In this document: positions 38,207 to 48,233 of the stretch, piece after piece
Numbering within the stretch: position 1 is the stretch's first letter
Layout: each line of letters starts with the position of its first letter
Source of the DNA: a virus
Length of the DNA stretch: 64,000 nucleotides
Strand: one strand, 5' to 3'
Virus record (IMG/VR): IMGVR_UViG_3300010371_000029
Location: 66,269 to 130,268 of that record
Position numbers and translations under genes: made by a program
The notes under the pieces: generated by a model
What the model saw: the letters and a program-made list of their open reading frames with translations, nothing else
Told to the model about the DNA's origin: nothing
The model's database searches: none

Positions 38207-38812
38207 CTAGCAGGTTTCGCCCGCTTTGTCAAGGTCTAAGTCGGTTCTCTTTCCAAAAACGCCGCGACTAACAGCCTCTTCAACGGTAGAACAAAATTCA
38301 TCAATCTCTTTTACGTGCAAATTGCATAAAAGTTTGCCGGCCTTCACATTTCCCTTTGCCAAAATCATAAACCGCGCGAACTGCTCCTTACCTCCAACAA
38401 GTTCGTAGAACTCTATTAATTTTTTATCCGCTTTAATATTAAAATTTTTAGAATTATGATTGCGAACCAGACGAACAACTCGGTGAATATCGGCAATGGG
38501 GGCTTCAAGGTAAGACAATCTAAAATTAGTAAGGGCCGCCCCTTCGTCTTCGTGCCCCTTCATTGATTTTATCTTACCTACATCGTGGAAAAACGCCGCA
38601 CAAGCTGTTAAATAATCTCCCCCTAATTCTCTGACCATATCCACGCATAAAACACTATGTTCCCATAGGTCTACTTTATATCGTTTTCTATCTGGTATGA
38701 CATTGCGCAGCGCCCAAACTTCTGGAAAATGCTTCTCCGAGTCGGGAAGACAGAGCCATTCTGACGGTCGAGGGGTTTCTAGTATATATTTAAAGATTTG
38801 ATAATTAAACAA
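38207..38812 (-). CDS. HD-domain phosphohydrolase resembling the HD domain of CCA-adding enzymes
   Basis: FPEV, DLWEHS, AAFFHDVGK, GHEDEGA, LVRNH. Confidence 0.75.
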   Translation of the reverse strand: MFNYQIFKYILETPRPSEWLCLPDSEKHFPEVWALRNVIPDRKRYKVDLWEHSVLCVDMVRELGGDYLTACAAFFHDVGKIKSMKGHEDEGAALTNFRLSYLEAPIADIHRVVRLVRNHNSKNFNIKADKKLIEFYELVGGKEQFARFMILAKGNVKAGKLLCNLHVKEIDEFCSTVEEAVSRGVFGKRTDLDLDKAGETC

Positions 38813-39554
38813 AGAATTCCTCGAATCGGGTCCCCTTAAAATATTCCACTAATTCTGAATAGTTATAAAGTATGTCTTTTGGTTTAGCGGTGGTAAGTTT
38901 ACGGAAGGGAATTTCTAAGTCTGCCTGGGGCATACCTAAGAAATCTAAACAAACCTTAATAACAGATTTAATATTCTGTTCTATTTCTTCATAAGATATT
39001 ACTAAATTCTCACTTTGTGCAAACATATATTTATAATATTCTACAAGGGAAGCTCTTTGATTAAAGATAGAATTAAGGAAAACCGGTTCAAAATAGATTT
39101 TCCTCCACTCGGGGCGCTTTTCTTTGTTTTGGAGGTGCCACACGCCTGACTGTTGGGCCAACTTCTCTGATATAATTTGTAAAAGTAAGTTCTTTCTATA
39201 TAAGTGGATTATCTTAATATCTGTACGTGCGGCTAGATAGGCCCAAGTTGGATTATTATAAGAGACATGCGACTCTCTATGCAATTTAAATCCATTGAAA
39301 CCTTCATATACTTTATTGATTAAAGGAATAAAATTTAGTGTTTGGTCTAATGTATTTTTAAGGTGGGGCCTTGGTGTTACAAAATTATATAAATTATAAA
39401 ATATATCTTGTCTTATTTTTAATACAGTTTCGTCTGGATTATTATCAAATAGTTCTGTCAGAACCTTTAGGGCCGGATGTTTGTTTAGAGTTTCACAGAT
39501 TACTGTGCCACCAGTGCGCACGTCTCCGACTAGAAGAAATTTAGGGCTAGCCAT
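38805..39554 (-). CDS. Sulfotransferase (Stf0-like)
   Basis: PAPS-loop RTGGT, LNKHP..ELF, GFKL, IIHLYRKNLL..IS, ISYE, NYSEL. Confidence 0.8.
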   Translation of the reverse strand: MASPKFLLVGDVRTGGTVICETLNKHPALKVLTELFDNNPDETVLKIRQDIFYNLYNFVTPRPHLKNTLDQTLNFIPLINKVYEGFNGFKLHRESHVSYNNPTWAYLAARTDIKIIHLYRKNLLLQIISEKLAQQSGVWHLQNKEKRPEWRKIYFEPVFLNSIFNQRASLVEYYKYMFAQSENLVISYEEIEQNIKSVIKVCLDFLGMPQADLEIPFRKLTTAKPKDILYNYSELVEYFKGTRFEEFFV

Positions 39555-40405
39555 TCTGTCGATTCCGCCAAATCATGTTGATATTTTTCCACATAGAAGT
39601 GTAAGAGTGGGTCTTGTCTTTTATATAGGTTAAGTAAGCCTTTAGTGAAATGAACAAATACTATGGGCCAAATTCCATTAATTAATACCTTGCCATCTAT
39701 CAAACTTCGCTTATTTTCTCGCCAATTCCAAATGGCACAATTCAAACCTCGGTGTGGACTCACTTTTAACCAATCTCCAAACCAAATGTGAGTTTGGTCA
39801 AGCCATTTTTGGTCAGCGCGTAATCCCTGTTCTCTAGAATGTATACATGCAAAGTGACATAGTTTTTTCCACCATTCCAGAAATGGTATTCCATCCTTAT
39901 TTACTCCTATAAACCCACCATTATAAATTCCATCATTGGCGGTTGCAAGAACCTCAAGATGCGCGAATTTATCAAAATAAGGGTCGCTAGTTCTCCAATG
40001 GGGGGTAAGCAGAATATTATAATCTTTAAGGTCCTCAAATAGGAATTCTATACTTTCAAAACAGGCTATATCTGAGTCAAAGTAGAGGCAACGTTGTATT
40101 CTTGTATTATTTAACAAAAATTCTAAAAAGCATGGTTTTAAAGCCCATCGCAAATAATCATTTTGGCCCTTATATTTTTCACAAATCTCTAATGTTATTT
40201 TATCTTTTAAATCTTTAAGACTGAAAGCATGAATAGCTTTATTATTTTGGGCGAATACTATATTTACTTTATCTATCTCATCTTCTGTAGCGTCAACTAT
40301 TAATAATCTGTAGCTATAATGTCCAAATTGGTCTATTGAGTTAAAGAGAGTTAACGCATAATTTAAATGGTCCAAAGTAATAATAGTACACGCGGCATTA
40401 GTCAT
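39530..40405 (-). CDS. Glycosyltransferase (GT-A/GT8-like)
   Basis: ACTII, WALKP, YFDSD, LTPH, GIYNGGF, DQKW. Confidence 0.8.
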   Translation of the reverse strand: MTNAACTIITLDHLNYALTLFNSIDQFGHYSYRLLIVDATEDEIDKVNIVFAQNNKAIHAFSLKDLKDKITLEICEKYKGQNDYLRWALKPCFLEFLLNNTRIQRCLYFDSDIACFESIEFLFEDLKDYNILLTPHWRTSDPYFDKFAHLEVLATANDGIYNGGFIGVNKDGIPFLEWWKKLCHFACIHSREQGLRADQKWLDQTHIWFGDWLKVSPHRGLNCAIWNWRENKRSLIDGKVLINGIWPIVFVHFTKGLLNLYKRQDPLLHFYVEKYQHDLAESTEWLALNFF

Positions 40406-41069
40406 AAAAAGTTTTTCTAGCTATTTCCCGCTTCAAAAAATGGTTATGTTCGTTTTCTAAACTAAATTTTCCCTTAGGGAGTTCAGCAATCCTACCCGCG
40501 AAGAGAGAGGGGACCCAATGTGGCAAATCTATAGAATTTGATGGGCCGAAGGTCCTTTTCCTAAGTTTCGCCGATATATATAAATCGTCTTGTTGGTCGC
40601 TACATGTAGGAATAGTTCGTAAATCCGCCGTGCGGACACACATTAACCGTCCTTTAACTATGTCCACTCGAACATCTCGGCTACCAGAAGCGACGTGTTC
40701 ACACTCTATATAGGATTTACCTCTAACTAATTTAACCCCAAATGCCCCCGCTGCTGTTCGGGGTTCTTGTCTATCCATAAAATCCACTAGCTGAGCTAGT
40801 GTATTATGATTAAGGAGGCACAGGTCGTCATCATGTACCAAGCAGTAGTCCGTATTGGCCATTGTTGGCATAAACCACCGGGGCGGACAGGCTACGTTCT
40901 TACTAGACTTCACCACCCAATCTATCGGAGAATGCATTAACTCTCTAGAATTAGCATTATCCCATAAAAAAATTGTGGGGCGCGCGGTTTGACGTTTTAA
41001 ACAATCAATTATTATGGGAATATTTTTAGGTCTAGCCCAGTTTAATAAGATAACAGTAATTCTAGACAT
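40398..41069 (-). CDS. Glycosyltransferase (GT2-like)
   Basis: ITVILLNWARP, WDN, VHDDD, DDLYIS. Confidence 0.75.
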   Translation of the reverse strand: MSRITVILLNWARPKNIPIIIDCLKRQTARPTIFLWDNANSRELMHSPIDWVVKSSKNVACPPRWFMPTMANTDYCLVHDDDLCLLNHNTLAQLVDFMDRQEPRTAAGAFGVKLVRGKSYIECEHVASGSRDVRVDIVKGRLMCVRTADLRTIPTCSDQQDDLYISAKLRKRTFGPSNSIDLPHWVPSLFAGRIAELPKGKFSLENEHNHFLKREIARKTFYD

Positions 41070-41151
41070 TTGGATGCTGCATTATAATGTGATAACACAC
41101 CTAAAGTCAAAATTAATAAAACAATTATTATTATTAATTTATCTACTAATT

Positions 41152-41685
41152 TCACTTATAGATTATTCCAATAGGTTTCTTGGCTCGTTTATATACTCTG
41201 AGACCGTTTACAGTCTCCCATTTATAATGCCGGGCGAGCCATCTATCCACGTCTCGAATGCGACTATTCATATGGGCGCGGTCTATAGAAATAGGGAACA
41301 TTCTAGAAAGAATTATATTACAAAATATCCGCTCAAAATTATAAGGATATTCGGGCTCGTAATGAATGGCGGCTAGCTTAAGATAGGTTCCATCACTTTC
41401 AAAACTAAGTGACTGAAACTTTTCATTATAAATGTCGTTGACTTCATCATATGTTAAATATAATTCTGCCGAAACATTGTATATATTATCTTCTACTAAT
41501 TGCGGTACAAATTCCTGTATATTTTTTCTATTATTATATTTATAAAATCCGTCATCAAAACACAAAGTTGCTTTTATACCTTCAAACCAAATATTAAAAT
41601 ATTTAGTACCAGTAACTTTCCTTACTGAAATGGGTACGCCAGCATGTTCCAATTTATATGTAAGGGAAATGAGGGAAAAGCTCAT
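41152..41685 (-). CDS. Hypothetical protein
   Basis: AGGAGG RBS upstream. Confidence 0.6.
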   Translation of the reverse strand: MSFSLISLTYKLEHAGVPISVRKVTGTKYFNIWFEGIKATLCFDDGFYKYNNRKNIQEFVPQLVEDNIYNVSAELYLTYDEVNDIYNEKFQSLSFESDGTYLKLAAIHYEPEYPYNFERIFCNIILSRMFPISIDRAHMNSRIRDVDRWLARHYKWETVNGLRVYKRAKKPIGIIYK

Positions 41686-41726
41686 GAGGCTGACGCCTCC
41701 TTTAAAATTTCTTGTTTTATAATAGT

Positions 41727-41734
41727 GGTGTATT
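41727..41734 (+). promoter_or_regulatory. GGTGTATT putative phage promoter motif
   Basis: Plus-strand intergenic copy of the motif, about 35 nt upstream of the only plus-strand gene. Confidence 0.55.
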
Positions 41735-41769
41735 TATATATGACACTATTCATAATAATAGGGAATTAT

Positions 41770-42453
41770 ATGAAAAAGAAATATTTTATTGATACAAATC
41801 AGTTTATTAATTTAAAACTAAAAGAAGCGGCATATTTTTTGGGATACTTTTGGGCAGATGGTTATTTAGGAACAAGTAAAATGTATACTTTAAATTTACA
41901 AATTTTGTTATCAGATTTTAAAGCTGTAGAACCAGTTTTCGATATACTTGGTACTTGGGGGAAATTTTTTCGTCAACCAAAAAACAGACAAAAACAAGGG
42001 ATATATTATGTTTCAAACAAATTATTAAAAGAATTCTTATTAACAAAAAATTACGGAAATCGTAATCTTGGACCAATATTAGATTTTATACCAAAACATT
42101 TATTAAAATACTGGTATCGAGGCTATTTGGATGGGGATGGAAATATTTATATAAAGAATAGCACTGTTCAATTATGTTTTGCAAGTTCGTTAAATCAAAA
42201 CTGGGATTTTATTGAAATATTAGCAAAACAATTAGAAGTTTTTCATTACAAAGTAAATAGATATATTAGACCTAATGGTAATAAATTTTCTACTATAAGA
42301 ACGTCTAGCCGACCAGACACCTTAAAAATTCTCAATTATATATATGAAAATTATGACGGGATTGGTTTATCTAGAAAATATGAAAAATATATTCAAATTT
42401 ATAATAAAATTCCATTAAAAACTGGTCCAAAACCAAAATTAGTTATAATTTAA
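41770..42453 (+). CDS. Free-standing LAGLIDADG homing endonuclease in antisense orientation
   Basis: AYFLGYFWADG and YRGYLDGDG; start MKKKYF. Confidence 0.88.
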   Translation: MKKKYFIDTNQFINLKLKEAAYFLGYFWADGYLGTSKMYTLNLQILLSDFKAVEPVFDILGTWGKFFRQPKNRQKQGIYYVSNKLLKEFLLTKNYGNRNLGPILDFIPKHLLKYWYRGYLDGDGNIYIKNSTVQLCFASSLNQNWDFIEILAKQLEVFHYKVNRYIRPNGNKFSTIRTSSRPDTLKILNYIYENYDGIGLSRKYEKYIQIYNKIPLKTGPKPKLVII

Positions 42454-42955
42454 AGAAACTCTGAAAACAAACTGGTTTATAATCAACATATTCCATAGCT
42501 AAAAGTTTATGCCTAGTATTATCATAAAATTCTAAAATTTCTTTTTCCCACCTTTCTTTCGGATTATTGTGAGTGTGGCCGTGGCCATTGAATTTAACAT
42601 CGGGACGTAATCTAATATCAGTAGGTTTATGCGATAAAAGAATATTACCAATCATTAAATTGTCACAAACAAAACTAAAACCTCTCCTACAATACCAACT
42701 GTCAGTCTCTTTATCATGATTTCCTCGGACTAGAATTTTAGTCCCAGGAAAAGAATCCATTACAGATTTAAGTCGGTCATGATGTTTAAATATAACGTCC
42801 CCAAGATGGATTAAAGTATCCTGGGGTTGAATGTAATATTTACAGTTAGCGATGATTCTATCTGTGAAATCTTTTGGTCTTCCACCCCAATCACAAATAT
42901 TTTCTTGCCATAGATGCCAGTCACTTGAAACCCACACAACACGCTGTCTAGTCAT
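42443..42955 (-). CDS. Calcineurin-like metallophosphoesterase
   Basis: SDWH, HLGDV, RGNHD, LSHKP, GHGHTH. Confidence 0.88.
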   Translation of the reverse strand: MTRQRVVWVSSDWHLWQENICDWGGRPKDFTDRIIANCKYYIQPQDTLIHLGDVIFKHHDRLKSVMDSFPGTKILVRGNHDKETDSWYCRRGFSFVCDNLMIGNILLSHKPTDIRLRPDVKFNGHGHTHNNPKERWEKEILEFYDNTRHKLLAMEYVDYKPVCFQSFFKL

Positions 42956-43105
42956 GTTACCACCAAGTTCTACATAAATTACAAACTCGCCCGGTGTTAG
43001 TTTCTCTATATTTCATCATAGATTTACATTTTGGGCAAGTAACCGGTTCCCAAAATAAAGAAATAAATTTAATTAAAACTAATAGTGATATAATTTTAAA
43101 TAATA

Positions 43106-43333
43106 TCATTGTTTAAATTCTTCGGCAGGCAAAACAATTGACCCACAATTTCCATTAACTAAAACTCTGTAAGCAGGAAACGGTCCATCAATAATTTGAC
43201 AGGGGCCATATCTAGAATTAACAATTTGATTAGGTTCTAAAGTATTGCTAATTTCATTAATTAGACTTTTAAACGCGAAAAAGTCAACTACGAAAATTAT
43301 ACCGACAGCAACGTATCCTAATAAATTTCCCAC
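43106..43333 (-). CDS. Membrane-anchored hypothetical protein
   Basis: N-terminal TM helix; AGGAG RBS. Confidence 0.55.
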   Translation of the reverse strand: MGNLLGYVAVGIIFVVDFFAFKSLINEISNTLEPNQIVNSRYGPCQIIDGPFPAYRVLVNGNCGSIVLPAEEFKQ

Positions 43334-43344
43334 GTTAAATCTCC

Positions 43345-43620
43345 TTACTTCCAGCTATCTGGAAGTTTATAACCCTTACGTTCAGCAATCTTCTTAATAC
43401 GGGCCTTAATAGAGCCTTGTTTATCTTTAGGGGCGCGACCTATAAGTTTGGCTGCCGAATCTAATTCACTTTGAGAACGAATAGGATACTTTTTCTCTTC
43501 TGGCCACCCGAAATCCTCTTCAGGAATACTTTCACGTTCTTTTTTACTAATATATCCCAATGTTGGAGCAACATTACTAATAATTTCTCTTACTTGGTTT
43601 AAAATCTTACCCATAGCCAT
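43345..43620 (-). CDS. Hypothetical phage protein
   Basis: DFGWPEEKKYPI...ARIKKIAERKG motif. Confidence 0.65.
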   Translation of the reverse strand: MAMGKILNQVREIISNVAPTLGYISKKERESIPEEDFGWPEEKKYPIRSQSELDSAAKLIGRAPKDKQGSIKARIKKIAERKGYKLPDSWK

Positions 43621-44227
43621 ATTCTTTCTTTAATTTAAGGAATTGTTCTGTAAACTCAAAATCAGGGAGGTCTTGAATTTGAACGTTAGTTTGACGACGG
43701 ACACTATTATATTTATTAAATGTGAATACCTTTTCAGTTGAAATCCCAATTTTGCGTAGTAAACTGAATGGTCCATCTTCTACACGAAACAAAATAGCTC
43801 CTTGGACTGGTATATTTCTTTCTATCAACTTATTCCAAAGGACATAAAATGCTACAGTTTTCTTTAAATCTGAATCCAAACTTCGTATTTCTGGTAGGTG
43901 TCTATATGCAAAATTTCTATATTCTGCCGACACTTCCGCCGAAAATAAATTAATACTGAGTATCGAGTTAATTACTTGAATAGGGTCCCGAACTAAATGA
44001 ATAATTCTACTATGTTTAAAACAATCCCACCCTAAGCGGGGTGCGGCTAGCCAACTAGAAACCGCCTCGAAATTACTATTCTCTAATAAATGTTTTACTT
44101 GATAATCACTCCACGGACCAAATACTTCTTCATGCCCACACTTAACCCCTGCATAATTGAGCACCCTGGAAGCAAAACCGGTCCCACATCGCCCCGTTCC
44201 GGTAAAAACGAAACGGAAGTTAGTCAT
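43607..44227 (-). CDS. Sulfotransferase-fold protein
   Basis: TGTGRCGTG, GHE, SSWLAAP, IHLVRDP..VINS. Confidence 0.78.
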   Translation of the reverse strand: MTNFRFVFTGTGRCGTGFASRVLNYAGVKCGHEEVFGPWSDYQVKHLLENSNFEAVSSWLAAPRLGWDCFKHSRIIHLVRDPIQVINSILSINLFSAEVSAEYRNFAYRHLPEIRSLDSDLKKTVAFYVLWNKLIERNIPVQGAILFRVEDGPFSLLRKIGISTEKVFTFNKYNSVRRQTNVQIQDLPDFEFTEQFLKLKKEYGYG

Positions 44228-44513
44228 CTATTCCCATTAACTCCTTCATCTTTTCATCGTGATTGAAAATAATCTCTTTCCAAATCCCGGTTAACAATTT
44301 TCCAGTAACAAATGCTATATCTTTCTTATTTTTTATACCAGCAATATCTTTAAAATAAACCTGTAGTATATAATTAATTGCATGAAGGGCACAAAGCTTA
44401 GCTCTTTTAAACACAATAACAGCGCGACGTTCTATACCAACTTTCTTACATTCTAAGCAAAACCCCACAATTTTATCTTCATCGTTGGGGATTTCTTCGG
44501 GTTCAGATAGCAT
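44220..44513 (-). CDS. Hypothetical protein, possible zinc finger
   Basis: CLEC...CALH. Confidence 0.5.
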   Translation of the reverse strand: MLSEPEEIPNDEDKIVGFCLECKKVGIERRAVIVFKRAKLCALHAINYILQVYFKDIAGIKNKKDIAFVTGKLLTGIWKEIIFNHDEKMKELMGIDD

Positions 44514-45213
44514 TTGGGTTAATAAGGATAAGTTTAACTTTACTTTTATTTAAGAGCCACCTATTAAAACCGTTATCATAGGCAGATGCATAATCTTTAT
44601 TGCCATACTTCTTATCTAAACAGTACAAATATCCTATCTTCGCATTAATTATAGCTTTACAACAATCCCAACAAGGGACTCCGCAAAAGCACAACATTGC
44701 GTATCCATTTAAAGACTCTGTAGAATTATAAATTGAATTCTTTTCTGCGTGTTCACAACTACAAAGTTCGTTCCGTGTTCCTGAAGGAGCCCCGACTATT
44801 CTACGTGGACATATTCCACACTGCATAAAACAATGAGCAAAGTGTTCTGCGCTTTCAATAGCCACAGGTCTAGTGGGCACGTTTATAGGTTCTTTATTAA
44901 TAGTTTTTTCAATAAAACCAATTCTATTTCTATAATCGTTACAATCTTTTAAATATTTATCCTCGATATTCTTATTTATATAATGCTTCTCTTCTATTGT
45001 TAATTGCGGCCAAACAACTTCTTTTAAGTAAGTGTAATCATTCGTGTGTGGCGTTCCGGCTGGCGCTCCGTTATATCCAGTAGAAACAATTCTATTATTC
45101 ACCGGGTCTACTATAATCGCCCCAATCTGCCTCGAATAACATGGATTCTGGTCCTCCCCCACTAGTTTTGCTATTCTTAGATACTTTTTTATGAACTTTT
45201 CGGACAGAACCAT
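44503..45213 (-). CDS. dCMP deaminase with internal insertion
   Basis: RQIGAII, STGYNGAP, HAEKNSI, PCWDC. Confidence 0.9.
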   Translation of the reverse strand: MVLSEKFIKKYLRIAKLVGEDQNPCYSRQIGAIIVDPVNNRIVSTGYNGAPAGTPHTNDYTYLKEVVWPQLTIEEKHYINKNIEDKYLKDCNDYRNRIGFIEKTINKEPINVPTRPVAIESAEHFAHCFMQCGICPRRIVGAPSGTRNELCSCEHAEKNSIYNSTESLNGYAMLCFCGVPCWDCCKAIINAKIGYLYCLDKKYGNKDYASAYDNGFNRWLLNKSKVKLILINPNAI

Positions 45214-45388
45214 CTTTATTTCTTTTACGTCTAAGTTCTCGAAAGTTAAATTTCTTGCCCTTGTCGGGGCCTCTGAAAGTACGACCCATAAGGCTACGAA
45301 TTTTTCCTAAAAATTACTTTATACTGACAAATCAAATTACATGTAGCCAATAAAAGAAAAGTATAAAATATAATATCTTTTAACATAA

Positions 45389-46072
45389 TTAATGTTTTAA
45401 AAATACAAGGTCAGTTTTTTGTTTCCCGAAGCAATAACCGCACGTTTCACAATCCTTTATTTTACCCGCTTCTTCTGGACAAATCAATGCCTTTCTATTA
45501 TCAGGCCCTATATACCAGCTATCGTTCATTCTAATGAGCCTTTTATCACCTTCAATCCAGGCGCGACGGAACGTCGCAGGGGGTAATTCTTCTATTGAAG
45601 GGTCTAAAGAAGCAAAAATAGTTACATTAGGTAATAAGTTAAGAGAAAGTAATAAATCTACATATTCGGGCAAACGCCAAGAGCGAGTATATCCCCAAAA
45701 GGTAGTATCTTTTTCTCTATTGCATAACTCAATCCATGATTGAACATATTCGGGACTATCAAAATCACCCGATACATGTATTCTAACTATCTTAGCAGTT
45801 TTAGGTAATATTGGTAACTGTGCGCCGGCAACAGTATTTTCAGTCCATAAATCCCAAATAGGTTTGTTTTGTATAAGTCTCATTGCCCAACAATATTTAA
45901 TACATTCTGTAGCCCCTGGACAGCTTGGGCCGGGCAGCTTACTATAAGTGAATACATTAGGCCCTAACTTACTATTTCCTCGTCCATAGGGCGATAGGGA
46001 GGCTCTACGGTCCTCTATAAGATAAGTTGTAAGGTCTTCTTTAGAGACCGAATATTTTGAAGCTTCCGTCAT
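45389..46072 (-). CDS. Gp88-like protein (radical-SAM-like Cys motif)
   Basis: GNSKLG, SCPGATEC..YC.A, RIHVSGDF, FWGYTR, CP..C..CG.C. Confidence 0.75.
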   Translation of the reverse strand: MTEASKYSVSKEDLTTYLIEDRRASLSPYGRGNSKLGPNVFTYSKLPGPSCPGATECIKYCWAMRLIQNKPIWDLWTENTVAGAQLPILPKTAKIVRIHVSGDFDSPEYVQSWIELCNREKDTTFWGYTRSWRLPEYVDLLLSLNLLPNVTIFASLDPSIEELPPATFRRAWIEGDKRLIRMNDSWYIGPDNRKALICPEEAGKIKDCETCGYCFGKQKTDLVFLKH

Positions 46073-46674
46073 TTTACTAGGGTAAACAGATACGAAAGCA
46101 GCGCACTACGAGAGATATCAGATGGTTCAGTATAAGAATCTGCTAGATTGGGTACTAAATCATACCCCGTTGCTCTGAATGCATAACTTACCATACTTGA
46201 ACAAACCAATCCTTTTATTTTAGTTAAATCATCATAATTAGCCTGATAACATAATCTAAACCCAGCAAGGTGGGTAAGCCCCATCCAGAAAATAGATTTA
46301 TACGAATATGGGCGACCCGTTAGTTCTCTGGCCGTATTTGTAACAACCTCTGGTTGTAGGTTGATAGTCCTACCATCCAGACAGTTACGGTCGTATATTA
46401 CATTATAGGGTGTGGGGCGATAAACGTCAATGCAACCAGAACGTTGCCTGACTTGTTCTTCTAAAGAAACGGCGCGACCACCGCGAAATTCCCGAAACTC
46501 AATACATTCGGGAGTAGCCCCATGAAGGGAGGCTATGGCGCAATGAGAATAACGGCCCCTGCCAGCCAGCTTAACGAATGGGGAAAAGATTCGGCGGTCT
46601 CGAAAGAGAAGAACGTCTGCTTCTCGGATTAAAGATTTAGCGTCTCTGAATCTTATGTGGCTTTTAAGATACAA
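46069..46674 (-). CDS. Permuted papain-like (YiiX/YebB, NlpC/P60) enzyme
   Basis: ADVLLF, YSHCAI, GRPY, VCSSMV.YAF, PSD. Confidence 0.8.
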   Translation of the reverse strand: MYLKSHIRFRDAKSLIREADVLLFRDRRIFSPFVKLAGRGRYSHCAIASLHGATPECIEFREFRGGRAVSLEEQVRQRSGCIDVYRPTPYNVIYDRNCLDGRTINLQPEVVTNTARELTGRPYSYKSIFWMGLTHLAGFRLCYQANYDDLTKIKGLVCSSMVSYAFRATGYDLVPNLADSYTEPSDISRSALLSYLFTLVK

Positions 46675-47015
46675 GAGAGATTTTCCTTAGATTGTTCTTT
46701 AGTTACTTCAAATAGCGAGTCATAAATCATCTCGCCGTATTGGTCATAAGTTTCCCCATCTACGTGGTTTTTAATTACGCGATGGACGGCTCGACTGTGA
46801 AAATATGACAATCTAGGTGGTATATCGGGTAATTCAGAAGCTTTCTTATTTCGACAATAACTAATTATTTCAACTATATCAACAATAATACCTAAAATAG
46901 TAGCAATAGTAACAATAGAAAGAATAACAAAACCAAACTTATTAGGGTCGTCATCAGTATGACCTTTTTGCATTAACCTATCATGGACAAGTATGGCGAA
47001 GTCTTCTCTAGTCAT
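46653..47015 (-). CDS. Membrane protein
   Basis: Central TM helix. Confidence 0.55.
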   Translation of the reverse strand: MTREDFAILVHDRLMQKGHTDDDPNKFGFVILSIVTIATILGIIVDIVEIISYCRNKKASELPDIPPRLSYFHSRAVHRVIKNHVDGETYDQYGEMIYDSLFEVTKEQSKENLSCILKAT

Positions 47016-47478
47016 GGAAAACTACCTTTGCTATTTGATTTGTGATAAAATTGGACCAGCCATTAATAACTGAGAAATTTCTATTAAATGCACCTGAATG
47101 GTGCGAAGCATGAGATTCTGGGGGAATGAAAATATAAAATCGCTGTAAAGCGATTATCCATTTTGGAGCAGGATGATGCGTGTAATAATGTGGGATTTGG
47201 GAAGCTCCAATAAAAATGCCTAATGGTAAAAGCCAAGATGTAAGAAAAAAGAATGATAATATAATTAAAGGTACTCCGGCTAATGTCGGATACCAATCAA
47301 ATGTCATAGTCCAGGGCCGCTCATGATGATTTCTAAAATCGGCCACCTGGGAAGGAATGTTCCAACCTCTATCTGTTATTATATGATAGAGCGCAGTGAT
47401 AAAGTCCGCTAAAAAATAGATAAAGACAAGCTTTATCAATAAGAGGCAAATGTTCAGGTTTCCATCTCCAAAACCCAA
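47008..47478 (-). CDS. TMEM189/CarF (FAD4/Kua)-family lipid desaturase
   Basis: ADFITALYH..D, FRNHHERP, HYYTH, LQ..IP.ESHASHH, FSVINGWSN histidine boxes. Confidence 0.8.
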   Translation of the reverse strand: MGFGDGNLNICLLLIKLVFIYFLADFITALYHIITDRGWNIPSQVADFRNHHERPWTMTFDWYPTLAGVPLIILSFFFLTSWLLPLGIFIGASQIPHYYTHHPAPKWIIALQRFYIFIPPESHASHHSGAFNRNFSVINGWSNFITNQIAKVVFHD

Positions 47479-48221
47479 GCGTCATCACATAAATTAGGAT
47501 TAAGAATATAATTATAAGGAATAGTAAAATTTCCCTTATCTCCCCATTGTTCACTCCAACTATTTCGACCATTAAATCTTTGAGTTGAATTATTATAACC
47601 TGTCAAAACAACACAGTGTCCGCCAAGTAATTTTTCATTCTTTTTTGGCATTGGCACAATACCAGTTTTAGCTACTTGGTCCGATTCAAAACTTTCATAA
47701 ACAGAAATACCAATAACTACCGGGAGTTTCTGAGCTAAAGGAGCTTGAATAGCAGCAAGATTAGTATTATCAACTGAGAGGTATTCAGTAACTATAGTTT
47801 TAAGGGCATTTTGGAAAGCTACCTGAGGAGGTTTTTGGGTAAATTTAGAAATATCATATGGCCAATAGAATTGATTTGGAGCACCGAGTTTATTAAGAAC
47901 TTTTACACCATCTCTAATCATTGCCCCGGAATCTTGATTTACCGTTCCTTCAATATTTCTTTCATTCCAATATATGAAAAGATTAGATGGGCGAAACATC
48001 TTAAGCCCTTGTTTTGTAAGGAGATAAGCTACTGCCGCACCTAAACCAAAAGAAGTGCATGCTCCTAAATTTCCCTGGTCCCAAACTTGCGGGAACATGG
48101 GGGTCAAGTCTATCTTATTAGGAAGTGGTGTAGCTCTGTTAAGATGATATTGGGCGATGTGGTCTCTGTGGTCGGGAAGACTAGGTTTCCAACCGTATTT
48201 TCGATTTCGAGTTGTTAACAT
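47454..48221 (-). CDS. Papain-family C1A cysteine peptidase (xylellain-like)
   Basis: YGWKPSLPDHRD, DQGNLGACT, GGHCV, RNSWSEQWGDKG.F. Confidence 0.92.
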   Translation of the reverse strand: MLTTRNRKYGWKPSLPDHRDHIAQYHLNRATPLPNKIDLTPMFPQVWDQGNLGACTSFGLGAAVAYLLTKQGLKMFRPSNLFIYWNERNIEGTVNQDSGAMIRDGVKVLNKLGAPNQFYWPYDISKFTQKPPQVAFQNALKTIVTEYLSVDNTNLAAIQAPLAQKLPVVIGISVYESFESDQVAKTGIVPMPKKNEKLLGGHCVVLTGYNNSTQRFNGRNSWSEQWGDKGNFTIPYNYILNPNLCDDAWVLEMET

Positions 48222-48233
48222 ATAGACCTTTCT

